Below are positions 28,102 to 38,044 of a stretch of DNA of 64,000 nucleotides, piece after piece (position 1 is the first letter of the stretch; every line of letters starts with the position of its first letter). This stretch comes from Deltaproteobacteria bacterium (GTDB lineage: Bacteria; JAGRBM01; JAHCIT01): assembly GCA_026129095.1 (NCBI GenBank), contig JAHCIT010000004.1:1-64000 (forward strand). Reading direction: 5' to 3'. The notes below the pieces were generated by a model. The model saw nothing but the letters and a program-made list of their open reading frames with translations, had not been told where the DNA came from and searched no databases. Position numbers and translations under genes: made by a program.

Positions 28102-29264
28102 GGGTACGCACTGCTTCCCCCGTCCGGTCCCTGCCCCGGAAGGTGCGGGTTCTGATCGTTGACGACTCCTCGTACAACCGCCAGCTCCTCACCGAGCACC
28201 TGTCGGCCCGCGAATCGCTGGAGGTCGTGGGCGCGGCCCGCAACGGCGAGGACGCCCTGAAGAAGGCGCTACAGCTCAAGCCCGACATCGTTACCCTGGA
28301 CCTCGAAATGCCGATCATGGACGGTTTCACGTTCCTCCGGATCGTGATGCAGTCGAACCCGGTTCCGGTGATCGTGGTGAGCAGCCGCAAGGAGGACCGC
28401 AGCGTCTTCCGCGCCCTGGAACTGGGCGCGGTTGATTTCATTGGCAAGCCGGAGGCGAAGAAGGCGTCATCGGTCACGTCCATCATCGACGAGCTGATCT
28501 ACAAGATCGAGAACATCGCCGAAGTGAGGATGGAGAAGGTCCGCTTCCCCGGCGCCGAGCTTCGTGTCCCGCGGCGCGTTCCGCCGGGAGTGGCCGTTCC
28601 GCGTTTCCCCGAACCGCCGCCCGTGCGCGTCCGGGCTCCGGCGGGCCGCGCCGAACGGACGGGACCGGTCGAACTGGTCGTCATCGGCGCCTCCACCGGC
28701 GGGCCCAGCGCCATCCAGCAGGTGCTCCAGAACTGGCCGCCCGAGATCACCGCGCCGGTCGTGATCGCCCAGCACATGCCCCCCGGTTTCACGCGCCATT
28801 TCGCCGAACGGCTCGGCCGGCTCACCGGCATGGACGTGGCTGAGGGGACGGACGGCGAAACGCTGCGGCCCGGCAGCTTCCGGGTGGCGCCGGGCGGATC
28901 GGACATCCTCGTCCACCGCGCCGGGGCAAGGGGCTACCGGACGGAGATCGCCGCTCCAGAGGGGAGCCAGGGGTTTGTGCCGAACGTGGACCGGCTGTTC
29001 CTCTCGGCTGCAAGGATTTGCGCCGGCGGGCGGGCGGCGGGCATCGTGCTGACCGGAATGGGGAACGACGGTGCGAAGGGGGCGGCGGCGCTCCACGACG
29101 CCGGTTCCCCGGTCATCGCCGAATCGGAAACGACGGCGGTGGTCTACGGCATGCCGCGGGAGGCCGCCCGGACCGGCAAGACCGACGCGGTGGTGCCGCT
29201 CGACCAGATACCGGCGGCGCTCAGGGCGCTGGCCATTCCCGGCAGGCCAAAGTCTTCGGAGTAG
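28098..29264 (+). CDS. cheB: Chemotaxis methylesterase CheB
   Basis: REC domain plus GASTGG, QHMP and LTGMGNDG catalytic motifs. Confidence 0.95.
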   Translation: MRVRTASPVRSLPRKVRVLIVDDSSYNRQLLTEHLSARESLEVVGAARNGEDALKKALQLKPDIVTLDLEMPIMDGFTFLRIVMQSNPVPVIVVSSRKEDRSVFRALELGAVDFIGKPEAKKASSVTSIIDELIYKIENIAEVRMEKVRFPGAELRVPRRVPPGVAVPRFPEPPPVRVRAPAGRAERTGPVELVVIGASTGGPSAIQQVLQNWPPEITAPVVIAQHMPPGFTRHFAERLGRLTGMDVAEGTDGETLRPGSFRVAPGGSDILVHRAGARGYRTEIAAPEGSQGFVPNVDRLFLSAARICAGGRAAGIVLTGMGNDGAKGAAALHDAGSPVIAESETTAVVYGMPREAARTGKTDAVVPLDQIPAALRALAIPGRPKSSE

Positions 29265-29326
29265 TTGACGGAGTAGTTGACCGCGCCCCGGCCTTCAGGG
29301 CATAAACCCAGACGAAACACCACGTT

Positions 29327-30151
29327 ATGAGCAATCCGGACGACAGCCTATCGAAGCGGGAAGAGTTCCTGACGATGTTCAAGCGGAGCGCCGACTTCGC
29401 CCAGGAACTGCTGGGCGAGAACGAGCGGCTGCGCCTGCGTATCCTCGACCTGGAACAGTCCCGCACCCGGATCGGCGAGAGCGCCGAGCCCCTTTCCGCC
29501 GAGGCCCGGCAGCTCATGGACGAGATCCAGCGGCTCCGCAAGGAAAAGGAGGAGCTGGTCCAGCGGTTCAGGGAGATCGAGGCGGAGAACCAGGATTTCG
29601 CCAGCCGCTACGTGGATATCGAGGAGGAGAACAACAACCTCGCCAACCTCTATATCTCCAGCTACCAGCTCCACTCGACGCTCGACTTCAAGGAAGTCCT
29701 CCAGATCGTCCTCGAAATCGTCATCAACCTGATCGGCGCCGAGATGTTCGCCGTCTACCTGCTGGACGAGAAGACGAACCAGCTGGAGCCGGTGGCCAGC
29801 GAGGGGTGCGAGGTGACGAGCCTGAAGGCCGTTCCTTCCGGCCAGGGGACCATCGGACAGGTGGCGACCTCCCGGGAGAACTACTTCGTCAGGGAGATCC
29901 CGAAGGACCAGAAGCTCGACCCGGAAAACCCGATCGTCGTCATTCCGCTCACCATCAAGGACAAGCTGATCGGGGTGATAGCGATTTTCCGGCTGCTCCA
30001 GCAGAAAACCCATTTCGCCAACGTGGACTACGAGCTGTTCACCCTGCTGGCTGGCCATGCGGCCACGGCCATTTTCTCGTCGAAGCTCTATTCGGAGTCG
30101 GAGCGCAAGCTCAACACGATCCAGGGCTTCATCAACCTCCTCAGCAAGTAG
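29327..30151 (+). CDS. Coiled-coil + GAF domain protein
   Basis: N-terminal coiled coil, then LHSTLDF...IPL...LIGVIAI GAF pattern. Confidence 0.85.
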   Translation: MSNPDDSLSKREEFLTMFKRSADFAQELLGENERLRLRILDLEQSRTRIGESAEPLSAEARQLMDEIQRLRKEKEELVQRFREIEAENQDFASRYVDIEEENNNLANLYISSYQLHSTLDFKEVLQIVLEIVINLIGAEMFAVYLLDEKTNQLEPVASEGCEVTSLKAVPSGQGTIGQVATSRENYFVREIPKDQKLDPENPIVVIPLTIKDKLIGVIAIFRLLQQKTHFANVDYELFTLLAGHAATAIFSSKLYSESERKLNTIQGFINLLSK

Positions 30152-30172
30152 GGAAAGGAACCGGACCGGGAG

Positions 30173-30550
30173 ATGGAGAACTTCAGTGTGCTGGTGGTCG
30201 AGGACTCGCCGACCATGCGGCAACTCATCATCTTCGCGCTCAAGCGCATCCGCACCCTCGACATCATCGAGGCCGGTGACGGCGTGGACGCGCTGAAGAA
30301 AATGTCCGAGCGGAAGTTCGACCTGGTGCTCACCGACATCAACATGCCCGTCATGGACGGCATCAAGCTCATCACCCTGATCCGCAAGGATGCCACCCAC
30401 GGCAGCATACCGATCGTCGTGATCTCCACCGAGGGGGCTGCCGAGGACCGCCAGAAGGCGCTCACCCTGGGCGCGAACACCTACATCACCAAGCCGATCC
30501 AGGCCGCCCAGGTTCTCAGTACCGTCAAGGAACTGCTGAACATCCAGTAG
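30173..30550 (+). CDS. cheY: CheY-like response regulator
   Basis: VEDS, DINMPVMDG, ST and KP. Confidence 0.9.
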   Translation: MENFSVLVVEDSPTMRQLIIFALKRIRTLDIIEAGDGVDALKKMSERKFDLVLTDINMPVMDGIKLITLIRKDATHGSIPIVVISTEGAAEDRQKALTLGANTYITKPIQAAQVLSTVKELLNIQ

Positions 30551-30632
30551 ACACCGGGCAGGCCGCGAAGCCCCGCGCCGTCAGGCCTGCGCCTTCAGTC
30601 CGGTTTTCAGTCCGGCCTGCCAGAACAGCCTG

Positions 30633-31907
30633 TCAGATTGACGGGTCGTTCCCGGCGATCTCCGGCGGCTTTCCGGGCGGCCCCTCGCCGGCCTCGGCCT
30701 CCTCGCCCGTGTCCATGAGGTATTTCGCGATCCAGTAGGGATAGATCACCTTCTGGACGAGGAAGATGCCGACGGCGATGTAGCCCGTGGCCCACAGGAG
30801 GTCGATCACGTAGTGGTGGTTCAGGTAAACGGCCGCGAACCACATGACCGCCGGATAGAGGAAAAAAAGCGACCGCTGCCAGACCTTCAGTTCCCTGAAG
30901 CCCCAGGCGCAGAAGATCGCGCAGGTGAGCGAGTGGCCCCCGTGGAGCGAGGGGACCGCGGCGAACCGGTTGGGGTTCAGCGTCCCCCAGACGAGCCCGA
31001 AGAAGTTGATGCCGAGCAGCTTGTCCAGCTTGGCGAGCCCCGCCGCCCCGCCGATGACGTGGTGCTCGATCTCCGGCTGGGCGAAGCCGTACTTGAGGAC
31101 GTACCAGGGCGGCGCGGCCGGCAGCAGCGCGTAGGTGACAAGGCCCATCAGGTTCAGGATCGCCAGCGTGTAGGTGAAGCGGAAGAACAGCTCCCGGTCC
31201 TTGCGCCAGCCCCAGAAGATGAACCCGACGATCCACGGCATGAAGAAGTGGACCGCGTAGGCCGTCCCGGTGAACACGTCGAGCACCTTCACCAGCAGCG
31301 TGCCGTCGTTGACGAGCTTCCACGCCTGCATGGCGAAGGGCGGGATGTCCCCCTGGAGGAACCCCTGCCACTGGCTCTGGTGGACGACGAGCCCCAGCTT
31401 GCACTCGATCATCGCCTCGGTGCTCTCGCAGCATTGGGGCGCGCTGGCATAGGCGCCGCACAGGTGGTCGTTCACCGGGCTGACCCGCTGGGCCGCCGCG
31501 GCGAGCGAGGGGGAGGCGGGGCCGGAAATCCAGCGGGTGATCCAGCCGACGGCCGCCCGCTCCCAGACGACCACTTCCTCGATGTTGATGCGGCGCATCT
31601 GGTCGGCGACGCCGCGCAGCATGTCGTAGCCCAGCCAGAACAGGAAATACGGCGTCCAGTCGCGCAGGAACAGCCGGGCCTTCGTCCGGCCGAGGGCCAG
31701 CGAGCCCATCATCACGATGGTGAGGATAAAGAGGACATGATCGGGCCGGAACGCCCGCAGCACGAAGCCGCCCGTCCAGAGCACGATGATCGCCACGATC
31801 CAGATCAGGACGATCTGTTTCAGCGTGAGTCTCTTGAAGTCGCGGAAGTAGTGAAGCAAGGGTCTTGATCCGTCCGGCCGGACGGAATAACCGGTTTCAG
31901 CCGCCAA
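30633..31907 (-). CDS. Aur1/IPC-synthase-like PAP2-superfamily membrane enzyme
   Basis: PAAPPWY, AAVPSLH and YLNHHYVIDL motifs; multiple TMs. Confidence 0.8.
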   Translation of the reverse strand: MAAETGYSVRPDGSRPLLHYFRDFKRLTLKQIVLIWIVAIIVLWTGGFVLRAFRPDHVLFILTIVMMGSLALGRTKARLFLRDWTPYFLFWLGYDMLRGVADQMRRINIEEVVVWERAAVGWITRWISGPASPSLAAAAQRVSPVNDHLCGAYASAPQCCESTEAMIECKLGLVVHQSQWQGFLQGDIPPFAMQAWKLVNDGTLLVKVLDVFTGTAYAVHFFMPWIVGFIFWGWRKDRELFFRFTYTLAILNLMGLVTYALLPAAPPWYVLKYGFAQPEIEHHVIGGAAGLAKLDKLLGINFFGLVWGTLNPNRFAAVPSLHGGHSLTCAIFCAWGFRELKVWQRSLFFLYPAVMWFAAVYLNHHYVIDLLWATGYIAVGIFLVQKVIYPYWIAKYLMDTGEEAEAGEGPPGKPPEIAGNDPSI

Positions 31908-31922
31908 GAAAAGCCCGTGAAC

Positions 31923-33404
31923 TCACGCGCAGTCGCGCCAGCGGCGCCAGGCGGCGACGCGCTTCTTGCGCTCGGCCCCGCCGATCTCCGGCCTGAAGCG
32001 GGCCTCCTCGGACCAGACGGACTCGATCTGTCCGGTGTTCTTCCAGTAGCCCACGCCGAGCCCGCCGAGGAACGCCGCGCCGACAATGGTGGTTTCCGTC
32101 TGGTGGGGGCGCACGACGGCCTGGCCGAGGAAGTCGCTCTGAAACTGCATCAGGAGGTCGTTCTGCGACGCCCCGCCGTCAACGCGCAGTTCCCGGATCC
32201 GTTTCCCGCCGCTGTCGGCGGCCATCGCCTCCAGCAGGTCCACGATCTGGAAGGCGACACCCTCCAGCACGGCGCGGGCGAGGTGCGCCCGCGTGGTCCC
32301 CCGCGTGAGGCCGGCAAACAGGCCGCGGGCGTCGGGGTTCCAGACGGGCGCGCCAAGCCCGGTGAGCGCCGGGACGAACTGCACGCCCCCGGTGTCGGGC
32401 ACCTCGCGGGCGAGGGGTTCGATCTCCGTGGCCGAGCGGATGAGGCCGGGGCCGTCGCGGAGCCACTGGACGGCGGCTCCCGCGATGAAGGAGCTGCCTT
32501 CGAGGGCGAAGGTCCGCGTGCCGTGCAGGTCGAGGGCGACGGTGGTGAGAAGCTGGTTGCGCGACGGGACGGGCTTTTTACCCACGTTCATCAGCACGAA
32601 CGCCCCGGTGCCGTAGGTGCACTTGGCCATGCCGGGCGAAAAGCAGGCCTGCCCCACCAGGGCCGCCTGCTGGTCGCCGGCCGCGCCGCCGATGGGCGTC
32701 CCGTCGGGCAGGATGCCCACGTCGCGGGTCTTGCCCATGACGCCGGCGTTGGGGACGATCTCCGGCAGGATGGCCTCCGGCACGCCGAACACCTTGAGGA
32801 GATCCCGGTCCCAGGCGCCCGTGTGCAGGTTGTAGAGCAGCGTGCGCGAGGCGTTCGTGGCGTCGGTCACATGGGTGCGGCCGCCCGTCAGTTTGGCGAT
32901 GAGCCAGCTCTCGATGGTGCCGAAGGCTAGCTTGCCGTCACGGGCGCGCCGCCGGACCTGCGGATCGTTGTGGAACAGCCAGTGGAGCTTGGTCGCGCAG
33001 AAGTAGGGATCGAGGAGAAGGCCGGTCTTCCTGCGGATCGCCTTCTCGATGCCGCGCTTTTTCAGCCTGCGGCATTCGTCCGCCGTGCGGCGGTCCTGCC
33101 AGACGATCGCCCGGCCCACGGGTTCCAGCGTCGAGCGGTCCCAGAGCACGGTCGTTTCCCGCTGGTTGGTGATGCCGATGCCGGCCACCGAGAGCCCCTT
33201 CGAGCGGCAGGCCGACACCACCTGCTCGACCACCGACAGGGTGACGGCCCAGATCTCCGAGGCGTCGTGCTCGACCCAGCCCGGTTGCGGGTAGTGCTGG
33301 GTGAACTCGCGGTCGGCGTGGGCGATCACCTCCAGCTTCTCGTTCACGGCCATGGCGGCCGTGCCGGTCGTGCCCTGGTCGATGGCGAGAATCACTTCCG
33401 GCAT
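31923..33404 (-). CDS. glpK: Glycerol kinase
   Basis: AIDQGTT, TNQRETT, WQDRRT, GDQQAA, KCTYGTG, ALEGS and RVDGG. Confidence 0.95.
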   Translation of the reverse strand: MPEVILAIDQGTTGTAAMAVNEKLEVIAHADREFTQHYPQPGWVEHDASEIWAVTLSVVEQVVSACRSKGLSVAGIGITNQRETTVLWDRSTLEPVGRAIVWQDRRTADECRRLKKRGIEKAIRRKTGLLLDPYFCATKLHWLFHNDPQVRRRARDGKLAFGTIESWLIAKLTGGRTHVTDATNASRTLLYNLHTGAWDRDLLKVFGVPEAILPEIVPNAGVMGKTRDVGILPDGTPIGGAAGDQQAALVGQACFSPGMAKCTYGTGAFVLMNVGKKPVPSRNQLLTTVALDLHGTRTFALEGSSFIAGAAVQWLRDGPGLIRSATEIEPLAREVPDTGGVQFVPALTGLGAPVWNPDARGLFAGLTRGTTRAHLARAVLEGVAFQIVDLLEAMAADSGGKRIRELRVDGGASQNDLLMQFQSDFLGQAVVRPHQTETTIVGAAFLGGLGVGYWKNTGQIESVWSEEARFRPEIGGAERKKRVAAWRRWRDCA

Positions 33405-33410
33405 GAGCCG

Positions 33411-33851
33411 TTACTCCCCGTCCCCTTCGTCGCCGCCGGGGGGCCCCTCCGGGTTCCCGAAAAACCCCTTCGAGGGCGCCGCGTCCGCATCGAGGTGCGG
33501 CACGTCGTCCGGCGTATGGACCCTGTTGATCCGGTTGAAGGGTATCTCCTTCGGACCGGACGCCATGCGGATGATGAGGGAGTGCTCGCCGAGGCCGCTG
33601 AGTATCCCCCGGTAGGAGATGCCGTTGGCCAGCACGATCACCTCGCGCTCCAGCAGCCGGGTGAGCGGCGGCCGGGAGCTGTCGGGCTCCTGGATGCGGC
33701 CGCTCACCCGCACGGGGCCGCCCTCGCCCTCCAGCGGCTTGTCCTCGCGGAGCGTGTCCCCGCCAGAGCTGCCCCCGTCCGGCGGCTTGCCGCCGCCGGA
33801 CTGACTGCCGGTCTGGCCGCCTTTCTTGCCGTCCGGTCCGCCGCCCGTCAC
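33411..33851 (-). CDS. Hypothetical protein with possible Sm/LSm-like core
   Basis: Overlaps the upstream stop (GTGA). Core EVIVLANGISYRGIL...EIPFNRINRV lies between disordered ends. Confidence 0.55.
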   Translation of the reverse strand: MTGGGPDGKKGGQTGSQSGGGKPPDGGSSGGDTLREDKPLEGEGGPVRVSGRIQEPDSSRPPLTRLLEREVIVLANGISYRGILSGLGEHSLIIRMASGPKEIPFNRINRVHTPDDVPHLDADAAPSKGFFGNPEGPPGGDEGDGE

Positions 33852-34606
33852 TTCAGTTCCTCCCTGAGCAGGTCAACGATCCGGGACAGCCGGCTGCGGA
33901 GCGTCCGCTGGTCGGCGTCTCCCTTGCCGATGTACATCGACGGCCGGAACTTCTGGAGCGCGGCATCGAGCTTGGGATCACGCCTGCGCCCGGAGAAGAA
34001 CAGGATCATCGCCGGATCGTATTTCTTCTGCTTTTCCACCTGCCGGAGCGTCTGCGCGGCGACAAGGCCGTTCATCACCGGCATTTCCAGGTCCAGCACG
34101 ACAAGGCCGATGTCGCCCCCGGCCTCCTTGATCTGGACATAGCCCTGGATCAGTTCGCGGCCGTTCTCGAAGCAGATCACGTCGCGGGCAAAACCGCGGG
34201 AACGGAACACCTCCTCGATCTCCGCACGGATGGTGGTGGAGTCGTCGGCCACGACCACCGTTTCGAGGAACCCCACCTCCGCGCCGCGGGCTTTCGCCGC
34301 CCCGGCGGCCGGGGCCTCGACGAAGGCGCTTTCGAGTTCGGCCGGCAGATCGGTCTTTTTCGAGGGCACGTCGGAGAGGAGCCTTTCCCAGTCATCGGCG
34401 CTCAGGTCGTCACCGGTCCGGGACGCACCGGCGGCGGGCGGCTCCCGCCGCTCGCCCGGCTTCACGTCGGGCGCAATCGCCCGGTTGCACAGGGTGCAGT
34501 GGGTCAGCTCGTCGCCGCGCTCCAGCAGGACGACCACCTCCACGTCGGCGCCACAGTAAGGGCACCAGCGGGTCGGTATCCGCCACTTTTTACTGGTCTT
34601 CAGCAT
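33848..34606 (-). CDS. Zinc-ribbon + receiver domain protein
   Basis: CPYC...CTLC; REC (ADDS, DLEMPVMNG). Confidence 0.8.
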   Translation of the reverse strand: MLKTSKKWRIPTRWCPYCGADVEVVVLLERGDELTHCTLCNRAIAPDVKPGERREPPAAGASRTGDDLSADDWERLLSDVPSKKTDLPAELESAFVEAPAAGAAKARGAEVGFLETVVVADDSTTIRAEIEEVFRSRGFARDVICFENGRELIQGYVQIKEAGGDIGLVVLDLEMPVMNGLVAAQTLRQVEKQKKYDPAMILFFSGRRRDPKLDAALQKFRPSMYIGKGDADQRTLRSRLSRIVDLLREELK

Positions 34607-34820
34607 GGGAAAAGTCGGGTTTCCTCGTTAATCCGGAACGCCGGAAGGCGGTATTGTCATCGCCAACCGCCGGTTGGGCAAGCCGGGCGGGCGGCAGAGA
34701 TATATTTTTGACACCTGCCCCTGCTGCCTATATATAGGTTCTTCCGGGACGGTCGTTCCTGAGCTGCTGGCGAGGGCCGGCGTGGCCCGACCGACCGGGC
34801 CGCCGGGAGGACAGCGACCC

Positions 34821-35339
34821 ATGCGACTCTACCGATCCCGTATACCCGCCATCGCCACCAAGATCGTGGCCACCCTTGTCGCCGACGGCGACATCGAAAT
34901 CAACCGGTCCCGGCTCGACGAGGTCGAACTGGACATCAAGTCGGTGCTGGACGAATACCTGCGGCAGGAAAACATCCTGCTCAATGCCGTCCGCGACCAC
35001 ATGGAGAAGCACCACCTCCCCTACCAGGAGTTCGGCAAGATCAAGAAACAGCTTGCCGAGGAGACGAACTTCCCCACGGGCGACGACTCGTTCTTCTGGC
35101 TGGCGAACCAGATCATCGAATCGTTCATGATCAACGAGAGCGTCGAGGAGGTGTTCGCCGCCGACAACCTGCTCCGCCGCAAGATCATCCAGGTGTTCCG
35201 CGAGAACCTGGTAAACGACGACGACCTGGAGCGAGAGGCGCGCAACCGGATCAAGAACATCAGCGAGGATTCGCCCGAGTGGAACCTTGAGTTCCAGAAG
35301 GCCCTGAAACTGGTAAGGGAGCGGCGGGGGCTCAAGTAG
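34821..35339 (+). CDS. DUF507-family protein
   Basis: MRLY...IA..IV..L...G.IE N-terminus and ...ERRGL C-terminus; GGAGG RBS. Confidence 0.78.
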   Translation: MRLYRSRIPAIATKIVATLVADGDIEINRSRLDEVELDIKSVLDEYLRQENILLNAVRDHMEKHHLPYQEFGKIKKQLAEETNFPTGDDSFFWLANQIIESFMINESVEEVFAADNLLRRKIIQVFRENLVNDDDLEREARNRIKNISEDSPEWNLEFQKALKLVRERRGLK

Positions 35340-35383
35340 CGCCTGCCCTTCGCTGACGAAGACAGGAGCGAGCAGCAGCCCGC

Positions 35384-38026
35384 ATGAGCCGAAAGTCCAA
35401 GGCACGTCCGGCGGCGCAGTCCGGCGGTTCCCAGCCCGGTCCGCCTCCCGGCACCGGCAACCCCCTCTCGGCCCGCCTGCGCGACGCCGTCGTCCGCTGG
35501 ACCCGCCTCACCGCCCGGAACCCCGTACAAACGCTTCTCGTCATCGCGGCGATCACCACCCTGTCGGCCGTGTTCGCCTACCGGCTCGTGACCAACGTGC
35601 GGACCGATTTCGCCTCGCTGCTGCCCGAGACCGACCGCTCGGTGCAGAACCTGAAAAAGCTCGGCGAGCGGTACGGCAGCGAGCGCGGGCTCCTCGTCGT
35701 CATCTACTGCGAGACGAAGAAGGATCCAGGCTGCTTCGAGGATTCCAAGCGGCTCGCCGGCGACATCGCCGGGAAGCTGAAGCCCCTGGAGGGCACCCTG
35801 ATCCGGCAGGTGGTCTACCAGAACACCGAGGACCACGAGTTCTACCGCAAGTACAAATACCTGTTCATGGACACCGAGGATCTCGCGGAGATCCAGGACC
35901 GGCTGGACATCAAGCTCCGGTTCGAGCGGGTGAAGAACTCTCCCGTCGCGGTGAAAGACCTGCTGGAAGACCCCGGCTTCGACCTGGCCGACATCGAGGA
36001 AAAGTACGGCGACCGGGAGAAGAAGCAGTCCATGTACACGGACGGCTACTTCACCAACGGCAATGGCGCGGTCCTGCCCGACGGCCGGGAACTCGGCCCC
36101 AACTCGGTCGTCGCGCTCCAGGTGACGGCCCTGGGGAGCGGGCTCGACTTCGGCGGCTCCGGCCGGCTGCTGAAGACCATCCAGGGGATCATTGACGGCC
36201 TCGCCCCCGCGAAGAACTACAACCCGCTGATGGAGGTGGGCCTCACCGGCTCCATCGCCCGGTCGAACTACGAGGTCACGGCCGTCGTCACCGACACCGT
36301 GCGCACGGCGGCGCTCACGATCCTGCTCTGCTTCGCCCTGATCCTGCTCTACTACCGGCGGTTCCGGCCGGTGGTGTTCATGACCGTCGCGGTGCTGGCG
36401 GCGATCTGCTGGACGTTCGCCGTGAGCTGGTTCCAGATCGGCTACCTGAACCAGCAGACGGCGTTCCTGGCCAGCATCATCATCGGCAACGGGATCAACT
36501 TCAGTCTGATCCTCATGGCGAGGTATTTCGAGGAACGCGAGCGCGGTCTTGTCCCCGAAGATGCCATTGTCAGCGCCGCCGAAAACACCTTCGAGGCGAC
36601 CCAGACGGCCGCGGCCGCCACGGCGGCCGCCTACGGCGTGCTCATCTTCACCTCGTTCAAGGGTTTCTCCCAGTTCGGCTTCATGGGCGGCCTCGGCATG
36701 GTGTTCTGCTGGCTCGCCTCCTACACGATCATCCCCGCCCTCATCACTCTCACCGAGCGGTGGCGGCCGATGGTCGCGCCGGGCCGGAGGCAGACAGACC
36801 ACGAGGGGCGGCTCGGCTCGGCCTGGATCGCGCAGGCCGTCGTGAAGGCCCCCCGCGCCATCATCGCCGCGTGCGGCGCCCTGACGGTCATCAGCATGTT
36901 CTTCGTCTGGATCTTCCTGAAGGATCCGTTCGAGTACAACTTCTCGAAGCTGAGGAGCCGCGACGACCCCAACGCGACCTACGTCCACTTCCGCCGCCTC
37001 ACCTGGGACATGAAGCTGGAGGGCGGCGGCGGCGGGTCGGTCTTTCTGGTGGACAGCGCCGAGGAGGCCGCCATGCTGGTGGAGGCGGCCAACGCCAGGC
37101 GGGACGAGCTGGAAGCGGCCGGCCCTCCGGGCTCGACCATCACCGGGGCCCACTCGATCTTCACGCAGCTTCCCGAAAACCAGGAGGAGAAGATCCGCAT
37201 CATCAGCGATATCCGCGAGATGGTCGAGCGGCAGCCGATGGGCTGGCTGTCGGAAAAGCACCGCAAGCGTCTGGACGAGTTCCGCGAGGCGTTCGACATC
37301 CGGCCCGTCACCATCGCCGACCTGCCGGAGAACATCCGCAAGCGGTTTACCGAGCGTGACGGCACCTTCGACAAGGTGGTGCTGATCCAGCCCAAGCCTG
37401 ACGTGTCGCTGTCGAACGGCCGGAACCTGCTCCGGTTCGCCTCGGAGATCGAGAGCTACACGCTGGAAAACGGCAAGACGGTCCATACCTCCGGCGACGC
37501 GATGCTGTTCGCCGACATGCTGGCCGCCATCAGCCGGGACGGGCCGGTCGCCACGGCGATGTGCCTCATGGGCGTCTTCGGCATCATCTTCGTCAGCTTC
37601 GGGGGCCTGAAGAAGACCGTCTTCATCCTCTTTTTCCTGCTCTACGGCATCCTGCTGCTGGTGGGCTGCATGGGAATCTGGGATCTCAAGATCAACTTCT
37701 TCAACTTCGTCGTCATCCCGATCACGATCGGGATCGGCGTGGACTACCACATCAACGTGTTCAAGCGGTACGCGCTGGAGGGCCCCGGCTCCATCGAGAA
37801 GACGCTCCACTCCACGGGCGGAGCGGTGCTGCTCTGCGCCGGGACGACGATCATCGGCTACGCGATGATGACGCTCTCGCTCAACCAGGCGATGCAGAAC
37901 TTCGGGTGGATCGCCATCATCGGCGAGATCACCTGCGTCACCTCCGCCCTGCTGTTCAAGCCGGCCGTGATCCTTCTGGAGGAGGAACGGGCCAGAAGGA
38001 CCGGCGGCGCGATGCTGGTGGAGTAG
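35384..38026 (+). CDS. MMPL/RND-superfamily transporter
   Basis: Two TM modules with GNGINF/GIGVDY motifs and large periplasmic loops. Confidence 0.88.
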   Translation: MSRKSKARPAAQSGGSQPGPPPGTGNPLSARLRDAVVRWTRLTARNPVQTLLVIAAITTLSAVFAYRLVTNVRTDFASLLPETDRSVQNLKKLGERYGSERGLLVVIYCETKKDPGCFEDSKRLAGDIAGKLKPLEGTLIRQVVYQNTEDHEFYRKYKYLFMDTEDLAEIQDRLDIKLRFERVKNSPVAVKDLLEDPGFDLADIEEKYGDREKKQSMYTDGYFTNGNGAVLPDGRELGPNSVVALQVTALGSGLDFGGSGRLLKTIQGIIDGLAPAKNYNPLMEVGLTGSIARSNYEVTAVVTDTVRTAALTILLCFALILLYYRRFRPVVFMTVAVLAAICWTFAVSWFQIGYLNQQTAFLASIIIGNGINFSLILMARYFEERERGLVPEDAIVSAAENTFEATQTAAAATAAAYGVLIFTSFKGFSQFGFMGGLGMVFCWLASYTIIPALITLTERWRPMVAPGRRQTDHEGRLGSAWIAQAVVKAPRAIIAACGALTVISMFFVWIFLKDPFEYNFSKLRSRDDPNATYVHFRRLTWDMKLEGGGGGSVFLVDSAEEAAMLVEAANARRDELEAAGPPGSTITGAHSIFTQLPENQEEKIRIISDIREMVERQPMGWLSEKHRKRLDEFREAFDIRPVTIADLPENIRKRFTERDGTFDKVVLIQPKPDVSLSNGRNLLRFASEIESYTLENGKTVHTSGDAMLFADMLAAISRDGPVATAMCLMGVFGIIFVSFGGLKKTVFILFFLLYGILLLVGCMGIWDLKINFFNFVVIPITIGIGVDYHINVFKRYALEGPGSIEKTLHSTGGAVLLCAGTTIIGYAMMTLSLNQAMQNFGWIAIIGEITCVTSALLFKPAVILLEEERARRTGGAMLVE

Positions 38027-38044
38027 GGGGCGGCGCGGCCCCTC

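Noticed and set aside
29259-29281. Short tandem repeat GAGTAGTTGAC x2 at the cheB stop
   Set aside because: Only two 11-bp copies; probably a small slippage duplication with no evident function
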